From Takakia lepidozioides (taxonomy: Eukaryota; Plantae; Bryophyta), in contig CM060734.1 in assembly GCA_030704615.1 (NCBI GenBank), positions 10,664,001 through 10,728,000 on the forward strand: a stretch of DNA of 64,000 bases, given 5' to 3'. How positions within the stretch are numbered: position 1 is the first letter of the stretch; every line of letters begins with the position of its first letter. The notes beneath the pieces are model-generated. The model made no database searches. It was not told where the DNA came from and saw nothing but the letters and a program-made list of their open reading frames with translations. This document shows positions 33,939-46,214 of this stretch, one piece after another. A program made the position numbers and the translations under genes.

Positions 33939-36900
33939 AACAGTGAAAGGACTTAGTGAAATTTAAGGGCCTTTGGAGGATTGTTTGGAAGATATTTGAG
34001 GGCCCTTGGAGGAGTATTTGGAGGATCTTTGGGGTCCTTGGAGGAGTGTTTGGAGGATCTTTGGGACCCTTGGAGGACCCTTCGAGGAGCTTTGGTGGAC
34101 AATGTTGAAGAGCTCTTGAAGGATTGATTGAGGGATATTGAAGGATACTTGCCACGGCCATACAAGCGAGTGGATAGAGACAGGAGGGAGAGTGGTGGGA
34201 TGAGAGCATTCTGGGGTTAGGAATTGCTTTAGTTTCTCTTCTCCATAGTCTTTCACCCTCTCTGTAGGCCAAAACCTTTCCGTAGGTGGAGGCAAGAGTC
34301 AGTCCGGGTTTGGGCTGGGGTGTCCTTGCAGGAGCGACACTGTGGAGTGTTTTTGGTGTGGGGGAGTTGCTGTCTTGATTTTCTTGTGTTTGGATCCCCT
34401 CCACACCTGCATGCTTGACTGTGCGCCATGTTAGCTTTGTGTGGGCGCTTGTTTTCATAAGAGGGTGGTCCGGATTTGATCACCGGCCAATCCTAGAGTA
34501 TGTTGTAGGTGGTGAGGCTGGAGTGATGACCAGCAAGACCACCAGTGTTTCTTCTATGGTGAGTCAGACTCGGAGTCAGGAGGATTCTCGCCGAGGGTGC
34601 AAGTCATATCCGTGCCATTGTTGTGGGACACGATGGAGGAGATGTATGGAGCTACCAAGGGGCCACGTAGGTACTCTAGAGCTGTGGGCACCATCGAGCT
34701 TGATGACTTTATACAAGAGTTTGACAGTTGGTGTGATTTGCAGCAAATGCGCAATCCACAACTGTTTACGCCCTTTATGGCGTAGAAGGGGCTATTCCAG
34801 CACCTTGAGGGGCTGCCCATGGATGATTACCATGAATTTAGGCGGGGACATGCGGTGGAGATTGAGGAGTGGCGAGAGTATTGGTCACCTAACTATGTCT
34901 CAATCACTAGAGGCACAAGGGCAGCGGTGACACCAGCAGCTACACAAACATCTCCAACTACAAGCACTAGTAGTGGAATAAGTAGTGTCGGCACATCTGC
35001 AGGTGGTACCAGTTCAAAAGGTGCTACTACTCCTCCTGCCACAATTACAACACATGTTCATAGATTCAACCCGGTGGTGGAGTTCTTCCAGGAGTTGCAG
35101 AGGAACTACCAAGGTGTACGGACAGAGAAGCTGCGAAGTTTGTAAGACTTCCAGCGCAAATCCAGTGAGAGCTTGCGGGAGGCCTACACTCGTATGAGGC
35201 ACTTGATAAGTGTGACCCAAGGGGTTACTGAAGCTCAGGCAGTCCAGTTCTGGTATGGAATTTTGGACAAGGAGCTCAAGAGAAGGGTGCGGGATGCAAC
35301 CCTGTTACAAGCGGCCCAACCCACATTAGCGGATGTGTTTTTGCTGGCTGAGCGGATTGAGATCAACATGGTGGAGGAGCGAGTTGTTACCATTGGATTT
35401 GGCAAGGACATGCCTGCACGAGGTGCAGCTGCCAGCCAACAGGTACAAGGGACTGCCCAACAGCGTGGTCAGGGGGGCAAGGTTGCCCAACCCAAGTTCC
35501 ATGGAGCTTACAGGGGACCTCAGGTGCAGATGCCCGTGGCATCTTTTGCAGGCCAACAGCAACCAGGGGTGATATGTTGGACATGTGGAGGACCCCATGT
35601 CAAGAGAGATTGCCTAGAGAGTGGCAGAAGGCCGGCACAAGCACAGCCTGCACAGTTGCAGTGTGGGCATTGTGGCAAGTATGGGCATGGAGATGCCCAG
35701 TGTTATGACTTACACCCTGAGTTGCGCCCAGGCCAGTTCCAAGGGAACAATGGTGGCCGGGGGCGAGGTGGACCAGCCCAGAGAGGACGAGGTGGTCGGG
35801 CACGAGGTGCAGGCCAAGGGCAAGCTCAACATGGCCAAGGTCGCGGAGGTCAGGGTGTTGACCAAGACATGGCCAACCGGCTTCAGCAGCTAGAGCAGAG
35901 GCTCGCTGCCATGGCTACAGCTCAGGTGGTACCGGCTCCCAGGCGGGATGGTCCACATTCTGTTCCTGAGGGAGGAGATATGGGAGGCATGGGATTCATG
36001 TGCGGAGCAGCACTACCACTAGTGCAGGTGGAGTCTGCTGCAGCCGTGACTCGAGGAGCAGCACGAGTTCCTAAACCACGAGGTGCAGAGGTGGAATTGG
36101 ATCCACAGCGTGGGGAGGCAAGCCGTCAGGCGAGGCTTCCTCAGTCATTCACATTGGCGGAGACAGTGTCGACGCCATCCATGGCACCTAGTTCTCGCCC
36201 GACTATTACCGAGGCGGAGGTTACTATGCCATTGGGGAGAGCTACACGTGCAGCACTGACACCTGCTACCAAGGCTAGTGCAGCCGGTGTGTTATTGGGG
36301 GCAACCACCTCTGTGTGTCAAGCCCCACTGTTCTCGGCAACCATGATTGCGACGTCGGGGGTAAGACCAGCTGCAGTGTTCAGACTAGCAGCAACACTCT
36401 GCGAGAGTGGGGAGGTCACTTCATCTTCTGCGGAGTTACTGGAAGGTGTAGTGGCAGAGGGATCCTCGGATTTGAGGGTCAAGACTGCCACGGCTGCGCC
36501 ATCGCAAGCTGCAGCTGCCAGGTTGACGGAGCTGCCAGCTAGGCCAGCCTTTGAGCGCGCTATGGTAACACCTGGAGTTGTCTTGTTAGACAACCAGGGA
36601 GGCATTTTCACTTTGAGTGGACCGGCAGGCAAGAAGTACCGGCCACTGCGGGTCTTGTTGGACTCAGGAGCTCAGCCACTGATATTGGGCAGAGCTGCTA
36701 TTGCAGGTTTGGGCCTCATGGAGGCGGATATGGAGCCTTGTCCTTTCCAGATACAGACATCTCTGGGAGGATCAGAGCAGGCTCGGGGCATGACACGGCG
36801 TGAGTTGGCCAATGGACTACAACCAGATCATCCTGTAGATGGCTCAGCGATGTAAGCCAAGGCCATTGTGACAGACGTGGTCTCTTACAATGTCCTTATT

Positions 36901-37374
36901 GGTGGGGCAGTGTTATATCCCATGGGCTTCACCCTGGACTTTTGGGAGGAGTCAGCATCCTACAGGCCTGGATGGCAGTCAGGGGATGGTCGTCGTGCAC
37001 AGCTCCCTGTGACATTCATTGGGGGTATTGCGGCTGCCCAGCGGGGCAAGATGCCAACACTAGCCGCCTTTACAACTGCAATTAGTTGGCCTGGAGAGTT
37101 GCTGGAAGGCAATGCCCATGCAGAGGATGTGCCACCTCCAGCAGAGCAGGATGACATGCATGGTACGGCGGAGTTGTCTGCCATGGTTGCTCACACTCCA
37201 TTATGGGGTACGAGCAAGGATTTGCAGCAGGCTGCTGATGGACGGGTACAACAAGCCTGGGTAGAGGCCTTCGAACCGTCAGGAGAAGAGGAGAGTGCGG
37301 TGATTGCACCAGGACCACCTCAATTGTCGCCATTGGACACCACACCTCTTGTGTGGCAGTGCCCGGATGAAGGC

Positions 37375-38320
37375 ATATGCCTTCTGGACTTGTTTGGCGG
37401 GATCAGCACTGGATTGGCTGCAGTAGTGCAGGCAGGCATACGAGTTCGACGTTACCTATATGTGGAGAGGGATGAGACTGCACGACGCGTCTCACTGCGC
37501 CATGTTGCTCAGTTGGTACAGCAGTACCCTGATTTGTTGCCAGTGTCTGCAGTTCGTGGATACCATCAAGCCTTGCCAGCAGACATTTTGTTGTTGGGGG
37601 CGCAGGATTTGGAGCGGGTTGGCTCCATTGATCTGGTAGTGGCAGGTTGGCCCTGCCAAGGGCATCCATCAGCTGGGCATGGCAATGGATTGCGAGACTC
37701 GAGGACGGGTCTGTTTTGGGAGATGGTGCGGATTTTGCGCCACTTGCAGCTTCATCAAGCTGTATCTCCAGCATACATCTTGGAGAATGTGCCACTGATG
37801 GGTGATTCTCGGGCAAGGGTGATGGCCAGTGTGCATCAAGTCCGGTCGTGGCTTGGGTCAGCAGTGTTGCTGGATGCAGCTGCAGTGGGGTCATGGGCTC
37901 ATCGTCCACGGCTATGGTGGACTAACTTGATGCCACTTGCACTGCTCAAACGTGCATTTGATGGGGTACAGCGGCCAGCACACCTCACAGTGGATAGCAT
38001 TTTGGACACAGGGAGGCAGTCTCAACGTGTGAGACACGATGACCGTTCGCCTTTGGCAGTGGTCAACAGGGTGGGTCAACCACGAGCAGCATTACCTACA
38101 CTGCTCAGCTTCCCAGGATCCCATGCTTTTCGGGATGGTGGACCTGGCCTCTTGTGGGATAGCCAGTTGCAACAATTAGTGGAGCCCAATGCTGACGAGC
38201 GCGAGCGGGCGATGGGTTTTACCACAGGTACCACGGCGGTGCCATCTCTTTCTGAGGCATCACGTCGTCAGGTGTTGGGGCAAGCAATGGATCTCAATTG
38301 CTTGACCTGGATTATCAGCT
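37375..38320 (+). CDS. C5-cytosine DNA methyltransferase domain (DNMT3-like) embedded in pol
   Basis: Motif I LLDLFGGI; II YVERD; IV AGWPCQG (catalytic Cys); GLFWE; VI ILENV; VIII AHRPRLWWTN; IX ERERAMGF; X RRQVLGQAM. Non-permuted order; no stop inside the domain. Confidence 0.9.
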
Positions 38321-41300
38321 TGGCTATGGCTGAGCAGCGTAGAGTACGGAGTACACTTCCCTTCATGGTCTCCCTGCCTACCGAGACGGTACAGGCAGCG
38401 AGTGGGGGCGAGCAGGTGAGGACCACGAGGTGCAGGCCGCATCCATGGCACACGTGGGAGGTGCTCGAGGTTCAGAAGGAGTTGGCAGCCAAGGCGGCGG
38501 TGATGGATCAGGTTGGGGATTTTTCTCGGATTGAGGAGGTCCTCAAGGATGGGATGATGGGGCAGGATGAGACATTGTCACTGACAGAGGAGGCAGTGGT
38601 CACTGCTCAAGAGGTTGCAGCATAGCAACCACAGGACGCGTCTTCTACTTCTAAGCCTGTTGGACTCAAGGTTGCAGTCATGGAGGACAACTGGGAGCCT
38701 GATGTTGGACCTATAGTCACCAGAGGAGAGAGACGACGTATACGGCGGTTCTTGAGGGCTTACAGGAACTACTTTGCCTTCAGTTTGAAGGACTTAGGAG
38801 TACTGAAGGGTCAAGAGATTCGCATTGAATTGGCTACTGACACGCCAATCTTTCGGAGACCCTATAGATATAGTGACATGGAGAGGTCCTTGATTCAGAT
38901 GAGAACTCGGGACCTTTGGGAGGCTGGTTTGGTGGAGCTATCTGGGGGAGAGTATGCTTCAGCCACAGTGATGCCAGCCAAGAAGGATGTCTTTGGCAAT
39001 TGGATGGAGAGACGTATGTGCGGTGATTACCGGCCTGTAAATCGTCAGACCAAGTCCGATAGGTATGCCATGCCAACACCAAAGGAGATCTTTGATGCCA
39101 TTGGGCATGCCAAGGTCTTTAGCACGTTGGATTTTTTATCCGGATATCACCAGTTGCCGATCAAGGAGGCGGATAAGCAAAAGACGGCATTCTGGGGGAT
39201 CAATGAGCACGGGAAGGATTGCCTATACCAGTGGCGGTTCTTACCATTTGGGCTTAAGAACGCTCCGACAGAGTTTCAAAGAGTCATGGATAGGATTCTA
39301 GCAGGGGTGGAGTTTGCTCGGTGCTACATAGATGACATCATCATCTTTAGTACTACGGTGGAAGAGCATGAGAGACACCTTTAGGGGGTATTTGAGCGCT
39401 TGAGGGCGCACGGATTGAAGTTACATCCGGGAAAGTGCAAGTTTTTCCACAACCAGATTGAGTATATGGGTCACATGATATATCCTGGAGGATTGGGGGT
39501 ACAACAGACTAAGGTAAAGTCCATTGCACAGGTTCCACGCCCCACGGATGTGAGCCGAGTTCGAGCTTTCATGGGGTTAGCAAACTATTATAGACGGTTT
39601 GTTAAGGGATTTAGTGCCATTGCAAAGGCTCTAACCAAGCTGACCAAGGTGGACCAAGAGTGGCAGTGGGAAGATGAGCAAGAACAAGCTTTTCAAGAGC
39701 TCAAGGCGAGGTTGACCTCGGCGCCCATCTTGAGACGACCTATCAGGGGGCGTCCTTTTCAGCTGCATACAGATTGGAGCATGCTGGGGCTTGGAGCGGT
39801 GCTCACATAGGTGGATGATGAGGGAAGAGAGTTCGTAGTGGCTTATGCTAGCCGCTCGAACAACGTTGCAGAGTCTAAGTATAGCTCATATGAGGGAGAA
39901 TGCTTAGCTGCAGCGTGGGCCGTGGCACACTTCAGGTGCTATCTATACGGCAATCTCTTCACCCTTGTCACGGATCACCAACCACTCAAGTGGTTGATGG
40001 AGTCAGACAAGCTTACGGGGAAGCTTGCACGGTGGGCACTCATCCTTCAAGAGTATGACTTTTAGGTGGTGCATCGACCGGGTTTGGTCAATCGCAATGT
40101 AGATAGGTTGAGTCGCAATCCATGCACGAGCCAGCAGGATGACACTGGAGCTCGGTGGCATGGTGAGACGGACGAGGAGATGGTGCTCGGATGGCATGCA
40201 TCTGCATTTCTGTGTATCTTAGTAGCGGAAGGCCAGGTTGGACCTGCAACAGGGATGACTGTTGATCAAGTGTCTGAGGACCCTGAGGCCAGCAATGAGC
40301 AAGGTGGCGCCAAAGATATACATGAGGATTCAGTTGTGTTGGACTACCTCCGCACTGGAGACACTGCAGCCACTGCGACTGCCAAGGAGAGGGATCGGAT
40401 CCTACAACGAGCCAAGAGGTTCAAGTGGGAGGGGACACACCTGCTCCGAGTGTGGGAGGATGGTCGAGTGAGGATTGTGCCTCACCTAACACAGCGGGCA
40501 CGGTTAGTACGGCATGCCCATGAGGAGTTGGGGCATTTTGGGGTGCGACGCACTCATAGTCTACTACAGGGGCAGTATTGGTGGCGTGGTATGCACACAG
40601 AGGTGCAACAATTTGTGGCTAGGTGCATGGTGTGTGACAGGGTGCGTGCTTCATTCAACGCCCCTACTCCACAATTGCACCCTCTTCCGATCATGGGATT
40701 GGGCTACAGGTGGAGTCTTGACTTCGCAGGGCCATTGCCACTGACCATGCGCCACAACAAGTACGTGTTGGTGATGGTGGAGCACTTCTCCAAGTGGATT
40801 GAATTGGTTCCATTGCCTGATAAGGCTAGTGAGGGAGCTGCGTATGCATTCTTGGATTGTGTGCTTAGCTGATTCGATGCTCCAGCTGAGGTACTCACGG
40901 ACCAAGGGAGAGAGTTCTTGGGGGAGTTTCAGGCTTTGTGTGACAAGGCCTTGATAGACCACCGCACCACTTCTCGGGATCATCCTGAGGCCGATGGCTT
41001 GGCAGAGAGAGTTGTTCAGACAGTAAAGATGGGTTTGCGCAAGTATGGCTTGCAGAAGGGACACCTAGGAGATTGGGACCTTCAGTTACCCTGGTTAGCC
41101 ATGGGCTACAGGTTCAACAAGCAAACATCACTTGCCCCCTTCTCACCATACTTTCTTCTCTTTGGCCGAGAGCCGGATTTGCCTACATCCATTCGCAGAG
41201 AAGTTGCTACAGTTCTTAATCTTGACGATCCGGACGTGTGGGCACGTGCATGTGAGCATCATGCAGAGTTGTTCAAGAAAGTCATGCCCATGGCTTTCGA

Positions 41301-41616
41301 GAACCTTGCCATTGCACAACATCGTGATACGTTGAGGTATGCTACCATACGTGGTGGGGGCTATCGTCCTGGGGTTTGGAGATTCAACCCTGGTGACTAT
41401 GTTTATCTGCAGCAGACTGCTCCTACGACCTTGGATGTGACTGCAGGACATACTATTTTGAGGGTTCGAGAGGTGTTGCCCTCAGGAGTCCTGATCTTGG
41501 AGGGTCGGGATGGCATGATTTGGAAGGACCATGTGCGTAATTGTGCGCCATGTCACCTTCCAAATGTTGATGGAAGGGTTGACCCAAACCTGGCAGTGGT
41601 ACCTGCAAGTTTGAGG

Positions 41617-41751
41617 TGCATGTTGTGTGGGTCTGCTAGAGGGGCAGCCACCATGCTGGTGTGTGATCAATGCTCTAGAGGTTGGCATATGGGATGCTTG
41701 ACTCCACCTCTTGAGATGGTTCCTGATGGGGATTGGTTATGTCCGCATTGC
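41617..41751 (+). CDS. PHD finger at the integrase C-terminus
   Basis: CMLC-x11-CDQC-x4-H-x2-C-LTPPLEMVPDGDWLCPHC, canonical C4HC3. Confidence 0.92.
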
Positions 41752-42005
41752 ATTGGATAGTGGGAGTGGATACAACCATGGAAGGCTAACAAGAAATGCA
41801 AGGCCAAGCTACTAGGAGACCAACACACGAGATCCTAACTCAAGTTCACAGATTGCAAGACGGAAACTAACGATGGGGTTGCTCTTGTACCCGGCCTCTT
41901 GGTCTATAGAGTTTGAGTACAATAGGGACAGTGATAGAGGACTTAGTACGGCTGTGGGTATTACATCTTGTAGCTATCTGGAGTTAGAGGGACCTAACCA
42001 CCAGC

Positions 42006-42608
42006 TAGGGGGACGATTGTGGTGTAGCTTTCTAGGATTGTGTGCTTAGATTGTGTGGCGGACAACGAATGTTGTGGCACGATGCTTAGGTGCACGACAG
42101 CTGTCATGGTTTTAGTCATGGTTATCTAGAATTACCTACTTCTAGTTAACTAGGACATTTTAGATATTTATATTTATATTTTGTGTGTTGGGACTTCATT
42201 TGGTCTCACATGCCAAGTGAGGTGTCGAACCTCACTTGAGACATGGAGATAGGTTTTCCCCTTGTGAGTGTTGAGGAGGCTCATCTTCTTGTAGTTGAGC
42301 CTCCATGAGCTTCTCTCACCTCCATAGCTCTAGGTATTGAGAGGGAGTGTGTTGAGGGCTTTGTAGGGTGGATTCCTTTAGCAAAGGTGCCCTTGGCTTG
42401 ACTTAGTTTATGTGATAGAGTGGATTTCACTTGGAAGGACTAGGGCTTGTTCTTCATGTGATTGCTTCATGCTTTGAGAGCTTTCATTGTCTTCTACTTC
42501 TCTCATTTCTCATCTCTTATCATTGTGGTATAGCTTTCTAGGATTGTGTGCTTAGATTGTGTGGTGGACAACGATGTATGTTGTGGCACGATGCTTAGGT
42601 GCACGACA
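42006..42608 (+). mobile_element. Polypurine tract and candidate 3' LTR region of the DNMT-Gypsy; ~82-85-bp direct repeat at 42018-42099 and 42524-42608
   Basis: AGGGGGACGA followed by TGTGG...GCACGACA; the same unit recurs ~500 bp later. No matching 5' copy found. Confidence 0.5.
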
Positions 42609-43099
42609 AGGCCAAAACCATGGGATATCAGCCTCCTCTCCCGCCATGACCATGGTGTGGAGCAAGCAAGTCCTTCATAAGGTAAGATCTTCTCCAGCAA
42701 AAATATGTTGGCTAATTGGGCATGGAGAGTAAGGCATCCTTGAAGGTACCTGAGATAAGCATAGAACATCTATAGGGCTTCTGAATGCTGAAATTTTGAG
42801 CTAGGCCTTGGTAAGACAGCTTGCTGGAGTAGACGTGTACACCTTATACATGATCCGGTCAGTGCACATTACTCTTGTTTGCCGGTCCCCTGTAGCCGAT
42901 GCCTTATGTCAGATTTAGATACCTTATGATACGAATGAGTTCCTTTTCTTTGGCTCAAATGTTTCTATGTTTCTCCTGGTTATGGCTTTGCTCTTTATAG
43001 CACCATAAAAAATACCCAATTCTGATATGCTGCTGGTAGATGTTTTGTCTGAATACCAAGTGGTAAACCCCTGCCAGACTTCATTGCCTAAGTCCCAAT

Positions 43100-43590
43100 A
43101 CCTGCCCCCTTTGGTTTTGTACACATGTTTTACCCAAAACAAGGGGTGGGTAAACACTAAAAGTCTGATATAAGATTCTTTCCTGATTGTTACTTTATGA
43201 CCTTGGGAATTGAGGGTTCTTTCACTGGCCTCTTCTTCCGGTCACCAGAGCTTATATATAAACTAAAAAGGTAAAACTCTACATTTTGACGTATGTGTTG
43301 ATGTACCTTCGTTTGTGTCACAACTTGCCAACTTGGAACATGCCAATGGCAGAAAATTCATTACCTAAACCTACCCCCATTGGTTTTGTACACATGTGGT
43401 ACCCAAAAATATGGGCTAGGTAAACACTAAAGGGTTGATAAAAGTTTCTTTCCTGTTTGTTGCTTCATGAATTTCGGAGTTAAGGTCCCTTCATTGGCCT
43501 CATATTTCCATTATCAGAGCTTATGTGTAGCTAAAAGGTAAAACTCTACATTATGATGTAAGTGTTGATGTACCTTTGCTTATCACGGCT
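43100..43590. repeat. Degenerate ~270-bp tandem duplication
   Basis: TTGGTTTTGTACACATG...GGTAAACACTAAA...CTAAAAGGTAAAACTCTACATT occurs twice. Confidence 0.8.
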
Positions 43591-44416
43591 TGTTTTGTTT
43601 GTTGACCTTGGAGAGTTGAGATTGTAGGTATGTTTATTTCTATGGTTCCTTTGTAACCAGAAGTAAAAGCTACAAAGAAGAGGGAGGTCATTTATGTGAT
43701 GGGGTCTGGTATGCACTCCCTTACGGGGTGAGTGCATACCACACTCACTCCATAAGGAGCTGCCATACCAGGGGATGGTTGGTGGGTTCCCTCTCTCTCC
43801 CTCTCTCTCACTCCTTCCATGGATCTGGCTGGTTCTCTTAAAACTTGATAGTTTAAGACCAGTGGTATGTTACCTAACCCCTAATTAACCTTCTTGGAAT
43901 TTGGTTAATTTCGGTTATTTACATTACCCGGATTTTTGGTATAAGGTCAGGATCCTAATGGAGCCATCCTATTATTTAATTTTTTCATCCATAAATGGAT
44001 GTCATCCTCAGAGGATGACACGGATGAAAAATCGAGAGTCAATTTCATCCAACGCGGATGAAATCACGATAGATTTCATCCTGTGCGGTAGAGTTCATCC
44101 CGAATGGATGAAATTGTGGGAAATCACGTGGATGAAATCGCGGGAAATCGCGCTTCATCTCTTCCCTGCCCTAACCCTCTACGTGACGATCGTGCTTAAG
44201 GGATGGCTGGAGCTGAGAGATGGTGGCGGGGGGCACATGGACCTCGATTCAGGTGCCCTTGAATGCCATGGAGCTGCGCCATTAAGGCATTTAGGTGTTC
44301 TGGCAAGATTCAGTACCTTCTTCCCCTCTTGGGGTGCGCAATGGCGGTGCAGTACCTGCAATTTCCCTGTGGCGGTTGTCTCTAATGCTTGGCGGGCGAT
44401 CTACCTGTGCTGTGGT

Positions 44417-45381
44417 TGCTTGTTGTGACCTTCATTGATCATTAAGATACAAGCGGCGATCTTAAGGCCTCGGGGAAGTGTCTGAACTCTTTAAGTTTGG
44501 GCGATTCACTTTCTTTGTGCATGCTTTGTACATTTTGTTGTGCATTCTTGTTTGCTGGTCTTGAGAGCTATGGCGCAGGCCTCTCTTCCACAAGCCATCA
44601 AGGTATTGGCTTGCATATGCTCTGTTTCCTTTCTGCCCTTACTTTGTATTGCATGTTGTACAGCGATAACAAGCGTGAGACCTGCGATTCACCTGGGGTT
44701 CCACATCGTCTCTAACTTAACTGTTTCTGATTGCATGTGATGGGACCAGGTGAGGGTCCTCACTTAACATGGATTTTAAAGCTTGAAGTTGATTGGAATC
44801 GAGTTGAAGAAGCGACGCCATCTGTATCTTTGGGGGAGAACAATCCTTTCTTCCTCTTTCCTGTGATCTTGATGGCTCCTATGTTTGACCTAGTATGGTG
44901 GACAATCAATCATTACGGCGACTATCTCTTGTTCCCTATGGCATACTGATGTGACAATGGAGCAATGATATGACAAGCTGATGGCTTTAAAGAGATCTGG
45001 TAATATGCTACAATGTAGGGCAGACCTGTTTTCATGACCAGACAGTGTTCTTGAATGTACAAGCATTGGAAACTTAGCCTCTTTTAGAAGCTGGTTACTT
45101 TAGGACACTTGATACCATGCCAAACTGATATGGATGGATCTTTTGTGGCCAAATCTGGTCCTTGGTTATATGCCCTTGAATGTTTACCTATTTTCCAAAA
45201 TGATAAGACATTGGTAGATGTGAACAGAATGATTCAGGCATTGTATTCAAGTTGCTTTAGGATAAATAATACCAAAGTAACCTGCAGGCCTGATGGGATG
45301 AGCAATTCAGATTCTTTGTGTTTCCTATGGATGATTGCATGGCATGTAAATCTGATTACAACATGTTATGGTAATGATTTC
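44417..45381 (+). repeat. 965-bp inverted duplication, right copy (partner 31775-32739)
   Basis: See left copy. Confidence 0.95.
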
Positions 45382-46214
45382 CCTACCCCAGACATAGAAC
45401 TTGGTCTTGGGGCATGGAATAAGAGGTGGGAATATTACTCTACCCTGTCATTGAAATTACACACCAGCCCCAGATCTAAAACAGATCATGGGGCAAAAAA
45501 CATGGTGTCAATAAGTGACTTGATGTGCAAAATAGGGCAGCTGATTATAACCTGTTGTATAAGCTGCCAAATATCAGTCCGTAACCCTGCTTTGGTGATG
45601 TTCTTTATGTAAAGAAATGCTCTTATTTTGTTCTTAAGCATTCTATGATCATAAATGGCTTCTTTAAAACAAACAGACATTTCCAGCCATGAACAGTGAT
45701 CAATGGATCTTTATTTGGACATGGATACTTACTGCTCAGTCACTTTGGTATGTCCAATGATACAAAGAACCCAAAACTATACTAGTTTTTGGGCCAACAA
45801 TAAATTAGGATGGTTGGTTATGCCTTGGTATGTAAGCTGACCAAAAAATACAGACTGAATGACATGGCATGTCATGAATGGCACTTTTTAGCATGCTGAA
45901 CAATGGTTTCCTGCTATGAACAGTGGTAATTGAGTCTCTAATTTTTCCCACCCCCCCACCCAGAGACTTCATTGATTTTGAAGTCTGGGATTTGTCATAA
46001 CGCTGACTTGTGAATGAAGAATGGTTGATAATGCCTTGTTATGAGGCTGATTTGTCGTTAATTTTACAATGACCTTGTCAGGTCTTTGTCCATGTTTCGA
46101 CAAGACATAAGTATCTTCCCTCTCTGATTTAGACCAGTGTACTTGTGTGATGGCGGCAGGCTCTTCCATTTCCCACACTGGCAAATGACCTACTGCTGTG
46201 TTTGCCTGCAATCT

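Larger units (their letters stand above)
34597..41760 (+). mobile_element. Ty3/Gypsy LTR-retrotransposon polyprotein Gag-PR-DNMT-RT-RNaseH-IN-PHD (single frame, ~2388 codons, 8 premature stops)
   Basis: All nine ORF pieces share one frame. Zn knuckles CWTCGGPHVKRDC and CGHCGKYGHGDAQC; PR LLDSGA; RT CGDYR..N, LPFGLKNAP, YIDD; RNase H LHTDWS and VTDHQPL; IN HHCC with D(WSLDFAGP)-D(TDQG)-E(GLAER). Confidence 0.95.

Noticed and set aside
36868-38625. Stand-alone host DNMT3 gene or bacterial restriction-modification methylase
   Set aside because: It is intronless and in the same frame as the flanking protease and RT, with no separate start or cognate endonuclease.
34597-41760. Stop-codon readthrough, alternative genetic code or U-to-C editing explaining the in-frame stops
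   Set aside because: All three stop types occur, host genes here end in ordinary TAA/TGA, and accompanying missense transitions point to mutational decay.
31775-45381. DIRS-type element (inverted terminal repeats plus methyltransferase)
   Set aside because: The element has a DDE integrase and protease and no tyrosine recombinase; the MTase is C5-cytosine type; the inverted repeats lie kilobases from the ORF.
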